Source: Veleropilina oligotropha
Taxonomy: Eukaryota
DNA length: 62,460 nt
Assembly: GCA_048128005.1 (NCBI GenBank)
Contig: JBEUKZ010000076.1
Coordinates: 62,001 to 124,460, forward strand
Direction of reading: 5' to 3'
Part shown: positions 48,438 to 62,460 of the stretch, piece by piece
Position numbering within the stretch: position 1 is the first letter of the stretch
Layout: each line of letters starts with the position of its first letter
Position numbers and translations under genes: made by a program
The notes under the pieces: generated by a model
Seen by the model: only the letters and a program-made list of their open reading frames with translations
The model's database searches: none
What the model was told of the DNA's origin: nothing

Positions 48438-51400
48438 TACTAGTCCGGTCTCATCATTGACACCATCCGCATCATCCGCATCACCATCATCATCATCATC
48501 CGCATCATCATCATCATCATCATCACCATTCATCAGTAGATCTTCTTCGTGTTGCGTCATTGGGTTATGACACTCATCTGGTGAACTTTCACAGTGACAG
48601 TACGTGGTGCACGATAGCCATGCCCCGTGGCAGCTGCAGTTTGCTTGCGCACAAGCCTTCCTTGAAGCTTTGCACTGACAGCATATGATTTTCATCAAGT
48701 CAGGGGGTGCTGGCGGTCCGCTGGCGATCCTTGGAAATGGAGTGCTGTTGAGAATCTCCCAACCGAAGTCAGTGATACAGAGCTGTGGGGGACTCTGCTT
48801 GTCTGCTGCTTTCCACAGTATTGTCTGATGGTGCGTTCTGAGCATGTGAAGTAGCAGGTTTTCATCAGTTGGGGGGAGGGATTTCACAAGAGGTGGCTTG
48901 CCCTTCTTTGTGTAGATGGCGTGTCTGGCAGCATTCATGGTGGTGAATTTTGACTGACTGTATAGTGCAGCAAAGAACCGCTGACCGATTTTCAGCAAGT
49001 TTGCATGTGTTGCTGTCTCGTCTCCAATGACAGAATAAAGCTCAGGAAAGTCACCTCCTTGGAGTTTGCTGAGAGCGGTAAGCTTTCCCTTGTTGAAAGG
49101 ATACGAGACTGTATCACAGCCTGTAACTGCATGCATTCCGAGGAGCTGAAGACTCTTATCGCCAAGAGCAGCTGCGGTTTGGTTGATGTGCAACACGCTC
49201 CCATCCCACTTCTCCATCTGCACGAGAGCAGTGATTTTCAGCTTCCGTACCCAGAATACCAACAGGATGAAGACGTCTGTGTCGTCGCTGAGAATACGAA
49301 TCACTCTCTTCCCTTCCTGCACAGCGTGAAGCATGTAGCTGACCATCAACACATCTGCCTCGTCATGGGTGAACTGTCCGTCTTCCTCGCCAACCATTAC
49401 GATATTCATGCCTAGTGTACATGTGCAAAGTAGACTTGAGAGTAGTCTTTTGTTGGGCTTGCTTTTCAGGATGACTTCTCGCTTAGGAAGAGGAGATCGT
49501 TCATGGTCCTTTGCAGACATATTCCCATAGCGATCAAATATCACCTTCATTGGGATTCCTCTGTAGGGTTTGAGTCTGGTTCCCATGCTTGTAGCCACCG
49601 TAGATACTGTACCACCATAGGGCCAGACGACGTGGTACAGTAGCTGCCCTGCATCGACGATCACTTCATCTGGGCGACTTGGCTCGGTTGATAAGATCGC
49701 GAGTTTCTTGACAAGATTGGCCTTGTTTCCTTTGCGAAGAAGGCCAAACTCATCGAGGATAGAGGGTGGCACTCCACAGAGCTCATACTCAAAGACAGAC
49801 TTCAGGCTGACGTTTCGGGTCTGACCGACAATCAGCAGCCGGCTAAACAGTGCCTCCATGTCATAGATGGTTTTCTCGCCAACTTTGATCCCGTTCTTCA
49901 TTGTTTCCATGGTGGTGACCTTTCCTTTAATTGGAGTATGAAACCCATCAGGCAGAGATTGGACGAAATTCACAGCCATCTTCGCGCCAATGTTCACAGC
50001 ATCAGCAACATTGATGTTGTCAGCTGCAACCTTCCTGTTCACGATGTTGATGAGATCATAGGAAGGATCAGTTAATGGATGTGCATGCTTCTGGAACTCC
50101 TCCAGGATCAGCTTGCGGTCATTAGTATCAAGCTTCCTTCTCTGTGTGCCTTCCTCTTTGTGCTTCTTAGTTCGAGTTGGGGTAGGTGTGGCACCTTCAT
50201 GGGTGTCACTTTCATCTATGTTGGCGTCGAACATGAGCTCAAAACTACGGACTACACGTTGGCATAGTGGGAAGGAAAACACCCAGCATGCAACCTGTTC
50301 AGGCGAGAGGGTCATACCAACGAGACCACCCTTCGATTTGCCGTATCGGATGTATGTTTGCTCGCCAAATTGATCTGCGGACACTGCATTCCATACACCT
50401 TTCCCATGTCGACAAACGAATGCACCCGCCATCATGTCAAGCTTGGCGTCCTCGGGAAGGCAACTCATCTCCCGCAGATACCAACTGATGTGACGGGCAT
50501 AGTGCCAGTGGTTGGCTGCGAAAAAGTATGGGATCATCCTGTGCAGGCAGTGGTCTCTCAGTAGCCAGTCCCCTTCTCGCTCAGCCCTCATGAACAAGTG
50601 AGCAATAAAAGTTGGCTTGATGAGGCAGTCCACCCACAGTTGCCCGGTTGGCGTCTTCCGAGCCTCTTCGAGATACGCTGCAAGATCCTGGAACGTACTA
50701 CTACTACCATCTGCACTGAGATAGTCACTCAAAACCACTGTGCACACCATCCTCAACGCACGCATTGCACGTGGCCAATTCTTGCCGTTCAATATGCCAG
50801 TGAGGTCACTGTATGCAGCTCGGAGTAGCTCCTCCAGACCAGACCCTTTCAGTAACTTTCCAATACATCCAAGGAACGACATTAAGGTATACATACCTCC
50901 AGGATGTACAATGAATGCTTTCCATTTCTCCGGATCGGACCACTTCACCTACAATGCAACCATGTACAACTGCATATCCAGCGTGATGTGCACTGTGGTC
51001 ATACCCAGACGCTGCAGGTAGTTCTTGCAATACTCCATGGTTGTCAGGATTGTATCTGGATGTGAGGGAGGCGCATCAATAAGTGGACCAAACACGTATG
51101 GGGTAGGAGGCTTGGGGGAAACACTGGTTTCGTCCCTGGCTGATTGAGTCATAAAACCTGACCACTCCAGAGGGGGTTCACCACTGGCTGTGTCAAACAG
51201 TGAGTGTAACCAGTTCATGTCCTGTAACTGAGGGCGAGCGAGGCTATCTTCCAGTTTGCACACATCTTGAAAAGGCTTCCCGGTGTTATTTGGTAGGCTG
51301 GGTGGCTTAGTCTTCTTTGGACCAGTATAGTGTTGCAGAGTCACGGAAGATTGGTTCTTCAGATTCAAATTTGCAGCTGCAAACTTCTTGAGTCTGGGAA

Positions 51401-52829
51401 TGACGAGTGGAGGAGAATCGCTATCATGAACAGAGCCGGTCAGAATATCCCCAGCTGGATGACACATGAACTCTATAGCCATGCAGTGGGTCTCATGTCG
51501 GCCATTTGGGGTGCACACAAGCAGATCGTAGTTGTCGCACCAGCCAAATAGTCGACCCACACGTCTACTCAGACCAACCACCTGCTGAAGCACATCCTTT
51601 TCATTATCAACCATATATTTGGCTGCCGATTTTCGGAACCGCAATGTCTCATCATAACTTGCCGTCAAACCATGCTCGTTCAGCAATCTGACAAGCTCTG
51701 CACTACCAAACTTATGGTGTAACTTCAGGGCTAGACCAAGCGTTGTCTGGTTAGGTGATTAGGCAATATGCTGCTGTATACATTGTGATATCGTCAAAGC
51801 AACCTTGTCAATGTTCCCTTTCGATACCAACTGGGCAACCAGAGTCAGGAGCGTTTTACTTGTACTTTCACAGGTTGTTGAATAAGTGAACTGGTCTAAA
51901 TCATAGTTCATCGGTTTGGGTAATGCCTTGACTTCTGACCTGACCTTGCGCACAAGCCTGTCAATATCTGCTTTATCCTCAGCGTCATTCTGCTGAGCTA
52001 CAAGTTTCACAGACCTTGACACAAACTTGCGGAACCGTATGATATTAGCACAACCTTCTGAGCTCAATACCACAATCTTGTCTGCAAAGTAAAATAACAG
52101 GTTAGACATCATTTGTCTGCTGTTTAGCTGTCCATCATACCCTTGGTAGAGTTCGTACACCTGTGAAGCTGTCCAAGTTTGTTCCCAGTTAGAGTTCATC
52201 TCATCAACAAGACTAGCCAAAGCTGGATCAGATATGACAGGTACACAATCATCAGGGTTGACAAGAGGTTGTCTGTATGCATTATAGCATCGCAAATGAT
52301 ACCGGGCATCTGCGGCTGGTAGATCTGAGACACCAGCCATACGGAGTTCCACATCGTGTGCCCATGCATCTCCACGACCCTCGCCTATATCAAGGAGCTG
52401 CTGCTGAAATGTTAACCGTCCAGGACGCTCATCGGTTTCGCATTGGCAGACTTTGTCCCATCTGTCAGGATGACGCTTGTCCATGGGCAGACATTCTTCT
52501 CCACACAGCAAGCAGTGCATCTTGAAACTGAACGGCTGTACTTGTGACCGACGCCGCGCTACTGGTGGTTCACTCTGAGAACGTTCAGCTTTCCGCTTCT
52601 TAGTGGTTTTCCCTCCTCTATAGTCCTTCGTTGTATATGATGCACCACAGGATACATGGCACCGCAGCTGTGGTGATGGCTGGATCGCTAACTTTGATTC
52701 AATGGTCAGGTGCAAACCATCGCCTTTCTCCTTGCTCCTTTGGATGATGGTATTGAGTCCTGCTTCACCAATAATCCGCCACTTCGAAGAGTCATATGTG
52801 GGCTTGCAAGGAGCGAATAGGCAGTCCAT
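48432..52829 (-). pseudogene. Academ transposase/XPG nuclease ORF (~1465 codons) with two in-frame stops
   Basis: ORFs 51759-52829, 50949-51686 and 48432-50948 are in one frame, separated by TAA (51759-51761) and TAG (50949-50951); motifs WCDNYD, ITLDMQLY, SADQFGEQT, SDDTDV...TGCDTVS...GK, CCQCK...C...CSC...CTTYCHC. Confidence 0.85.
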
Positions 52830-55800
52830 ACTAGCTAAAACTTAGCGCCACCTGAAACAGAAAAAAAATCTTACTTTATAATATTGTACAGAATATGGAG
52901 AAATTGCACCATGTCAAACTGGTGGTCATCTTGGATAAAGGCTACCAAACATCATCAAAACCATTTTCTGCTTCCATCATGTCCATACTTGTATATGAAA
53001 TACGCTAAGTAATACAAAATAATCATTCCAGTATGATAATATTAGAATTCTAGGACGAAAAGGTATTTTGCCGATTCAAGCCGGCGGCCATCTTGGATTA
53101 TGGTTGCCTAGCATCATCCAAAACATTTTTTGACACTTCCATTGGATCCGCCATATGTGAAAACCTATGCGTGGGTACCAAAATCATCCTTCTAACTTGA
53201 TTCTATCAAAAGTTATTACCGATTTACTGTTTGACCCAAAGTGCGTGGCGGCCATCTTTGATTTATGCAAATTACAGAAGTTCCCCAAACTTGGCAAATT
53301 TGCTAGAGGTGGATATGTGATATATATGCCCTACCCATTACAAATCCACCAAAAAACCTTATAGTACCAACCATTACCGGGTTCACCTATATGGCAACTG
53401 GACTATAGAGGTCGACTTTCCTTCCAGAACGCCCATCCAATGATGAGACTTAACGTCAGATTTGCTATTAGGAAGCTCGTTGCAAATACGGTGTATAGAA
53501 TAACGTTCTGTGGACCGTAAATTGGCGTGATCATGTTCATCCAGAACCCTTAGCATAATACCCGTCCCAATGGCCGAGATTAATTTGCCTATAACTTTTA
53601 CAAAACTATAATAATATCTCCTTCAATTATATTTACATTAAAACGATGCGATTGAGGTGTTGCAGAAGGAGACACATTGTCACTGGGCAACCCATATCCT
53701 CAAGTCTACGCATTGTGAGTGTCAATATTGAATGCAAGCATCTAATATATCAAAATCGATATTATAGCGCTAATTCATTTTGTTGGCATATTGTTTTGTG
53801 TTCATTTAATATATACTTAATTGGTACCAACATGTGAACAGGAATCCATTTACAGGGTTTATTTCATCTTTGCTGCGGAAGGCAGTCACCAACGTTACAA
53901 CTCTTGTCTTCCAAAATAACGTTATTTTTAGTTTTTTTTTATGTATTTGCCAATTGAGTTCACAGTTCAATCTCTCTACGTAATGCATCGAATATTGAAG
54001 TCCTTAGTCAATTCCATTTATGTCATATACAGGTCAGAATACACCATAATGACAAAATGACATGGCGTTTGTCTCACGAAGACGAGGTGTATATATCATG
54101 GATCTAGTAAAAATCTGGACCGATTTCATATACTGGTATTATGAGGATGCCAGAACTGAACGTTGATGAAGGAAGTACATGTAAATGTATGAATACTGTT
54201 TAATGTTGAAAGCCAGTTTGACAGAACATTGAACAAACACACATGTCTACATTTCTTGCAAATTTGGAATGATGGCATAAAGGAACAATTTCTTATCAAC
54301 TGCGACCTGGAAAGAGGTGTGTGAATACCGCAAAAGTGTTGCAGACCTACGGCCGGATTGAAAAACATCACGGAGAGAACCGACGATTTCAAGTGCAAAT
54401 TTTCATTATGGGATAGTGTCATTTAAACTTAGGCGACACGTGATTTTTACATATGTACCTACTAGTACCCCCGACTGAGTTGACAGTCCAGATCATTGTA
54501 CTTAATAATTTCACATTTGAAAAGAAACTTTGGTCAACTTTGGTTCAATGTCTGCACAGTAAATAAAATGCAAAGTTGTCGCGTGAGTGGAGAACGACAG
54601 TTGTCCATCCGACATAAACAACATCCTCAATATGAGACCAAATATGGACAAATGACATAAAATCAATAATTACGGCAAAATAGTTTGCATGATACGTATG
54701 TCACTTTCAATTGTAAAAATATAAAGGTCATATTTATTTTCACTATAATAACCATCATACCAAGCTCACCGCAACTCGCACAATAGTGCATGTACGAATA
54801 TTGCCATTACTAATGCATACAACAAGAGGAAGCCCAAAACAGATTTTTTTTTAAATCGCGGGAATATGATTATTTATATATTCAACACATATCAAGCAAA
54901 TATATAGAGACAGTATTCATTATTTACATTAAATATTGTCGACATTGATATGGCGATTGGACCTTGACCTTGACCATGACCTCTGAAATAGAGGTATTTG
55001 AAATGGTGATTTGACGTTGACCTAAACCTGAAATCGCGATAATAATATCATAATCGACTTCTTCATCCGTGAAAACCCTCAAATGGAGATATTATTAATC
55101 TATGATGCTTAGAATTAAAGTTATGACATTCTGTATTTCGGGTGGCGGCCATATATAATTGCTCGTTTATTTTCAACTTTCGACCTTGAAATGGTGATTT
55201 GACATTGACCTTAACCTGAAATCACGAAAGTAATGTCATAATCGACTTCCTCATCCTTAAATTTATAAAATGGAGGTATTATTTATTAATCTATAACGTT
55301 TAGAATAAAAGTTATGATATTCCGTCTTTCGGGTGGCGGCCATATTGCGCATTGTTGTTCACTCTTTGACCTTGAAATGGTGATTTGACCTTGACCTTAA
55401 CCAGATGTCGCCAAAATAATGTCGTAATTGACTTTCTCACACTTGAAAACCCCAAAATAGAGATATTATTTAAAATCTTTGAGGTCTATAATAAAAGCTA
55501 CGTTATTTCATCTTTCGGGACAATTGAGCTTGTCTGCCGGCGGTATATAAAATATCTAGGTCATATACATTTGTAATCAAAATCTCAGAAAATTGCAAAA
55601 AAGTGAACGACTTTTTTTAATAAGCCCCTTTACTTTATACATTATTGCTAAGTAATATGCTGGAATTAACCATTTTTCATGCATTTTGGCAGCCATTTTG
55701 TTTTTTGGCAGCCATGTTGGATTTTGGTTCGGATAAAAACTGACAGAGTTGGTGGTGTCGACTACACCAACTGTCCTCGATTGCCCAACTGGTTAGGGCA

Positions 55801-56061
55801 TCGAACAAATGTTAAGTGGGACGGTAGGATGTGGGTTCCAGCCCGCACCGGCCTGGCTTGTTCTAAGGCTTAAAACTAATAGATGGCATATCTATCCCTA
55901 ATGTATGTCGGTCAGATCGGAGTGAGACCTAGCTTAAACCGGGTGTGCCGACTGCGATAAGGCTGATAAATTGTCAAAAAGTGGTCGTTAAACAAATCTA
56001 CCTACCTCGACTACACCACATTTTATGGTCCAAAAAGTATATAACTGTTCATTTTAGTTAA

Positions 56062-56504
56062 AGAGACTATTGCCCGTAAATACGCTCTTTTTTATTGAAA
56101 TGAAAAATAACCGCATTACATTTTGTTTATAGCACATAAAGTTAGGAATTTGCATCGCTCAACTTTCGTCAGTAACTTACCACCGTTAAAATAAATCGCT
56201 AATGAAGATTTAAAAATAATTAAACGCGGTCCGCGTTTAATTACATCGCACCGAGTGACATTTCCCATTGACCTAGTTGGAGCACAGTTGCGTAGGTTTC
56301 TGCTCGTCAAGTAAGATAGCTTTCTACTGGACAATAATATATATTTCCCAGTTACAATAATAATTTCAATAAAAGTCTATCATTTGATCATATATCGATC
56401 ATATCTTCGCGAAATGTGTATCAATCTGAGCGAACCGTACGATAGAGGGTGATCAGTCATGCTACACAGTCACGAAAAGAGCGCATTTACTGGCAATAGT
56501 CTCT
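56062..56504. mobile_element. Kolobok-like TTAA-target MITE
   Basis: TTAA|AGAGACTATTGCCCGTAAATACGCTC ... GAGCGCATTTACTGGCAATAGTCTCT|TTAA. Confidence 0.8.
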
Positions 56505-56699
56505 TTAACAAACAAATATAGTAAAATACACCATTTTGGGCGCCATATTGGATTTTCGGATGGGGCCCATATCCATTTTTTTTCTACTCGTCCCGACCTA
56601 CATTTCTGCCAAATTTGATGATTTTAACATAAAACCCACAATTGCTTCACCAATCTGCAGCAATAATAATGTTCATACAATTTAAAATCTGTTCACTTG

Positions 56700-57440
56700 A
56701 AGGAAGATTGATATATCGTTCAAGCCACCAAATGATCGTGATATTCTTCTGAAAATGGAAACAATGTGCGAGGGTAGATTGATAATTATGTGGCAAAAAT
56801 GAATGGTGTCAAAACAGAAGAAGCGATAGTCATCCCTTCTTATCGCCTGATCCAACGTGCTCTAATATTATCAATTAATTGGCAGTACATCAGTGGATAT
56901 CATGAAATATCACCAGAAATATGGGCGTCATATTTGAAACGAATATGTCAATGGAACAGCAGGTAAAGTTGCTATGCAAACAATTCTACATTCATCTGCA
57001 CCATATTGGCAAGATACCACCCTTCCTAGATGAGAAAGCAGTGGTTTTGCGACACAATATTTCAATTATTACAATTCTTTCGAGTGGGGTATTCCAATTT
57101 CCCTTCTGACGAAATTGCAACGCATTCAAACACAAATGCTTGAACAATCATTGGAACATGGCGTTTAAATTTCATCAGACCACTACTGAATTCGTTGCAA
57201 CGGTTGGCGCAGAAGCCATTTTTTCAAAATGATTTTTACTGTGTTTAAATGCCTGCATGCTATAGCGCCATCATATATCCGTGATTTGCGAATCTCACAT
57301 TAACTTGTACGTGGAATCGTCATGACCTATCATTTTGGCAATATATTTTATTCGATTTACAAGTGCAGAGCCAAATAGTTGCTATGCCTTACCTCAACAT
57401 TTGTATTCAACAGTCTCTTTGGAGATCTTTAAAACATTTT
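56700..57440 (+). mobile_element. Highly decayed L2-like LINE 3' fragment
   Basis: RNMGVIFETNMSMEQQVKLLCKQFYIHLHHIGKI resembles the L2 post-RT motif RNLGVIFD..LSM..HV...C; many stops. Confidence 0.6.
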
Positions 57441-57649
57441 AAAACATTCGGCGACGGTCAGCTAGTTTTTAGAAAGTAGACATTCAATATACGGCTTCAT
57501 TCTACATGTGACCGCCATTGTCTCAACAAGTTGTCTGTATTATTATTGTCGCATCGGTCGTCGATAAGTTTCCTACAACGGGTATACGATTCTAAATGTA
57601 CCATTGTTGTAAGATTGGATCCCGAGAATAAGCAACTGCCAAGAACAAT

Positions 57650-58659
<1,010 letters not shown>

Positions 58660-58660
<1 letters not shown>

Positions 58661-61600
58661 TAAATAGAATTTGTTTGGGTTTAGAAAGCGCATTACTGCC
58701 ACTCATATAAAAACCCATTGAGTTGTCTTGTCCTCTATAACCTGCCCTGCTTATTAAAATGCTCATCTAGGCGATTTTGAAATTGGTTTACAGATGTCGA
58801 TTCCACTACATTATTAGGAAGAGCATTCCATTCATCGACAACCCGATTTGAGAAAAAGTGTTTTCTAACGTCTAGTCGGAATCGTTTTTTGTAAATCTTG
58901 TATTGAAGCCCCCGGGTTTCATCTGAAAAAAGAAACTATTGTCAACGTTGTCTTTTCCTGTAAACATTTTAAACACCTGAATCATATCACCTCTTATCCT
59001 TCTCAAAGATAATGTTGTGAGGTTCAGAGCTCTTAGTCTCTCCTCATATGGTAATTCTCTCAATTCTCCTATCAATTTTGTGGCTCTTCTTTGAACTTGT
59101 TCTATTATATTGATATCCTTTGCAAGATATGGACACCATGCTTGCACTGCATATTCTAAATGCGGTCTAACCATTTGCTTGTATAGGCGAGTTATGATGG
59201 CTTTAGATTTAAAATTAAAATTTCTCTTTATCATTCCCAATATTTGATTTCCCTTTTTAGCTGACTCTGCACATTGATTTGATGGTTTAAATGTCTTGTC
59301 TACCCATACACCCAAATCTTTTTCTTTGGCCACTTTTTGTAAAGCTTCTGAACCCATTTCATAATTATAGGTATTGTTATTATAACCCACATGCATTACT
59401 TTACATTTGCTGGTGTTGAAAACCATTTGCCAGTCCTCAGACCATTTTATCACATTATTTAAATCACCTTGAAGTTTCTTTGCATCTTCTTCTGTTTCGA
59501 TAATTCTGTACAGCTTGGTATCGTCTGCAAACTTTTTTACTAGAGATGTAATGACGTCATCAATATCTTTTAAATATATGAGAAACAACAATGGTCCCAA
59601 AACAGAACCTTGTGGGACTCCACTTAGTACTGGTTTCCATTCTGACTTTATCCCATTTATTACAACCCTCTGTTTTCTATTTTCTAGCCACTTACATATC
59701 CAATTTAGTATTTGGCCTTTAATGCCATGGTTACTTAATTTTTGTAATAGTCGTTTATGTGGTACTTTATCGAATGCTTTCTGAAAATCAAGATATATGA
59801 TATCAACTGGTTTGCCATTGTCAATTGCACTTGTTACATCTTCAAAAATTCCAGTAAGTTTGTTAAACAAGATCTTTTTCCCATAAACCCATGCTGACTT
59901 AGGTTTAGAAGGCCAAATTTATTTATGTGTTTTAAGATAGCATCCTTTAAGATAGATTCCATTATTTTGCCTACTATTGATGTCAGACTAACAGGTCGAT
60001 AATTTTGGGTATTTGATCGACTACCCTTTTTAAAGATTGGGGTAATATTTGCAGTCTTCCAGTCATCAGGCAAGCTGCCTTCTTGTAGAGTTTTATTGAA
60101 TATCAGGGCTAATGGCTTTGCTAATTCATCTTTACCGAATTTTAGCAATTTGGGATATATGCTGTCTGGCCCTGGAGCTTTACTGACATTTAGTAAGCTT
60201 ATCTTTTTTTCAACCATTTCCGTAGTAATTTCAATACTTTCACAAAAAGTTTCATGATCTTCATAAATAAGTTTTACCGGTGGAATGTTTATCGTGTCCT
60301 CAATAGTATAAACAGATGCAAAATATTTGTTTAGGGATTCTGAGATTTGTGCATCATCGGATATTATATTTCCATGTTCATCTTTCAGGGGACCTACGAC
60401 ATCTTTTGTTTTTTGTTTTGACCTAATATAAGCATAAAAAGATTTGGGGTTTTCCTTGATGTTTTCTGCTAACTTTTCTTCAAAAGCTTTTTTGGCTGCT
60501 CGGATTTCTTTTTTACTTTCTTTCTCACTTTCTTTATATTTTTGGTGCTCATCTGTGTCGTGCGACTCTCTGTATCGTTTCCAACGTTTATATTTCCGTC
60601 TTATAATTTTTCTGACTTTCCTGGTTAACCATGGTGGTGAATGTTTTCTGCGTCTACACTTTAATGGAACATTTCTTTTCATTATTTGTTCGATGTTATT
60701 TCGAAAACCTTCCCAACATTCCGTGGCATTTAAGTTTTCAGTTCCCTCCCAGTTTATATTTCGGAGATCTGCGTTAATTTTGTCAAAATCTGCTTTTCGA
60801 AAATCTGGTATTTCTTGTTTGCTAGTTTTCACAATTGTTTTTGTGTGTAGCTGGAATTCAATTAAATCATGATCACTACATCCAAGTTTTCCAATTCTGC
60901 TAATGTTTTGCACCATATTTACCTCACTGGAAAACACTAAATCTAATACATTATTGCCTCTAGTCGGGAAATCCACATATTGGTGCATGAATTCATTTTG
61001 CATTGTGGTTAAAAAATCTGTTCCTGCTTTCCCACTATGTAAATTTTTCCAATTTATATCTGGGTAATTAAAGTCTCCCATAATTAATAAGTTGAACTTA
61101 GAGTTACTCACATATCCCAATGTACTGTTTAGGTTAGCACTATTCTCTTCCGTGCTATTTGGTGACCGGTAAACAATACCTACAATTGTGGAATCTTTTT
61201 TATTATTCGCCATAATTTCACACCAAACTGAATTTTGAAAAGAGTTTATTTTAAAATCTTCGCGAGAAACAGAATTTAGTTGATCTTTGATGTATAGTAA
61301 TACCCCTCCACCTCTGCCATTTAACGTATCTGTTCTATCCTCTCTGTATAATTTGTAACCCACTACATTTAATTCGGCATCATTTATGTTACTATTTGTC
61401 CATGATTCTGTAACTCCTAACACATCTGGGTTGTGTACATCGATTAGTGTTTCTAGTTCCCCTTGTTTATTCATCACACTTTGTGCATTTGTAAAGATAA
61501 CTTTTAGCACGTTTTGGTCTTTTTTATTTCCTTTAGATTTTGAAGGGTCTATCTCCTTTCCAGTGAACTTAGTGGTCTTTCTTTGCCTCTTTGTATTATT

Positions 61601-61911
61601 TACACCGCTGTTTTCTGGTTGTTCCGTTCTCTGATTTGGTGATCCAACCTCCCCCTTTAACAGTTTAAATGTTTCTCTATCGCCATATTTACTCCTCTGG
61701 CCAGCACTTCTCCACCCTCCAGTGAAGGGTGCAGCCCATCTCTGAAATACTACTCCCTCCTTCCCTCAAACTTGTCCCACAAATCGAAGAACCCAAACCC
61801 CTCCGAACAACAATACTCACGCAACCAGGCATTTATCTCTCTCATCTTCTCCGGCAATCTCCTAGGCGCTCTCCTTGGCAACAGCCCACCCACAATCACC
61901 TTTCTCTTATT
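58660..61911 (-). mobile_element. CR1-type LINE, 5'-truncated: ORF1 SGNH-esterase tail plus ORF2 (APE endonuclease + RT), frameshifted
   Basis: VTESW, GDFN and SDH (APE); YRPVSLTS, LDFQKAFDKVPH, GVPQGSVLGP and FADD (RT); upstream FDLWDKF...RDGLHPS (SGNH DxxH); 1-nt loss at ~59845 and 10-nt deletion at ~58917. Confidence 0.92.
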
Positions 61912-61913
61912 TG

Positions 61914-62008
<95 letters not shown>

Positions 62009-62027
62009 ATGTGTATGTGTATGTGCA

Positions 62028-62068
<41 letters not shown>

Positions 62069-62414
62069 ATATGTATATGTATATGTACATGTACATGTAC
62101 ATGTACATGTACATGTACATGTACATGTACATGTACATGGATTAGCACCGGTGCGAGTTTTGGTTTGCCTCTCGGAATACTCTAGATATTCTTTGTCGTC
62201 TGAGTCACGCAACAGGCGAACGTCACCCCAGCGCATATCTCGGTGTTCACCAGATCCCCTCAATCCGAAGTGAATTGTATTCTGAAACCATAGTGTGTTG
62301 ATTATGGCATCTGGGGACGAAAGACCATGTACATGTACATGTACATGTACATGTACATGTACATGTACATGTACATGTACATGTACATGTACATGTATAT
62401 ATATATATATATTA

Positions 62415-62460
<46 letters not shown>
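61912..62460. repeat. Compound microsatellite (ATATGT)n / (ATGTGT)n / (ACATGT)n / (TA)n interrupted by a Crypton fragment
   Basis: Direct inspection. Confidence 0.95.
62140..62325 (-). mobile_element. Isolated Crypton YR core fragment between (ATGTAC)n tracts
   Basis: Translates GLSSPDAIINTLWFQNTIHFGLRGSGEHRDMRWGDV...[18 protein letters not shown], homologous to the GLRGGEEH region of the 19842 protein. Confidence 0.8.

Larger units (their letters stand above)
47358..53405 (-). mobile_element. Full-length Academ (AcademX-type) DNA transposon
   Basis: Termini TAGTCCAG...CTGGACTA, ~360-bp TIRs (47358-~47729 and ~53046-53405), 3-bp TSD TAG (47355-47357 and 53406-53408); encodes a transposase with an XPG/FEN1-like nuclease and a Cys-rich C-terminus. 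Confidence 0.85.
46584..53540 (-). pseudogene. Paralogous 7TM receptor pseudogene split by the Academ insertion (parts 53409-53540 and 46584-47357)
   Basis: Removing the transposon and one TAG restores MNMITPIYGPQ...SLIIGWAFWKESRPLSVLELCSVVG..., colinear with the 303-aa receptor; there is also an in-frame TGA at 47241-47243 where the paralog has TGC (Cys). Confidence 0.85.

Noticed and set aside
50949..50951. Stop-codon readthrough or recoding in the Academ ORF
   Set aside because: Two different stops, each one transition from Gln; simple decay is more parsimonious, and the host gene uses the standard code.
54000..54470. Coding-like stretches (also ~29300-29990 and ~45800-46250)
   Set aside because: No clean frame or recognisable motif by eye; would need a translated search.

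Overview
AT-rich, repeat-dense animal genomic DNA, probably from a protostome invertebrate such as a lophotrochozoan; the species cannot be determined from the sequence. The backbone is one + strand gene reconstructed by hand from GT-AG exons: an invertebrate-type contactin (signal peptide, C-type lectin-like domain, 6 Ig, 4 FN3, GPI-type tail; 25 coding exons, 9611-44551, 3699 nt = 1232 aa). An intronless 7TM receptor is nested antisense in one of its introns. A paralogous receptor downstream is split by a full-length Academ (XPG-type) DNA transposon with ~360-bp TIRs and a TAG target duplication. The main structural signal is a set of Crypton-type tyrosine-recombinase elements and non-coding relatives (6 instances). 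They share a long terminal hairpin, often with a GNA triloop tip, followed by a short motif whose inverse forms the far end, so an internal segment is complementary to the joined termini. Also present: a 30 x 31-bp array that multiplies a contactin splice donor, Penelope-like fragments with minimal hammerhead ribozymes in (TA)n, a young tRNA-derived SINE family, CR1 and L2 LINEs, a Harbinger remnant, Kolobok-like and Helentron-like elements, and microsatellites. All calls were made by eye; no searches were run.
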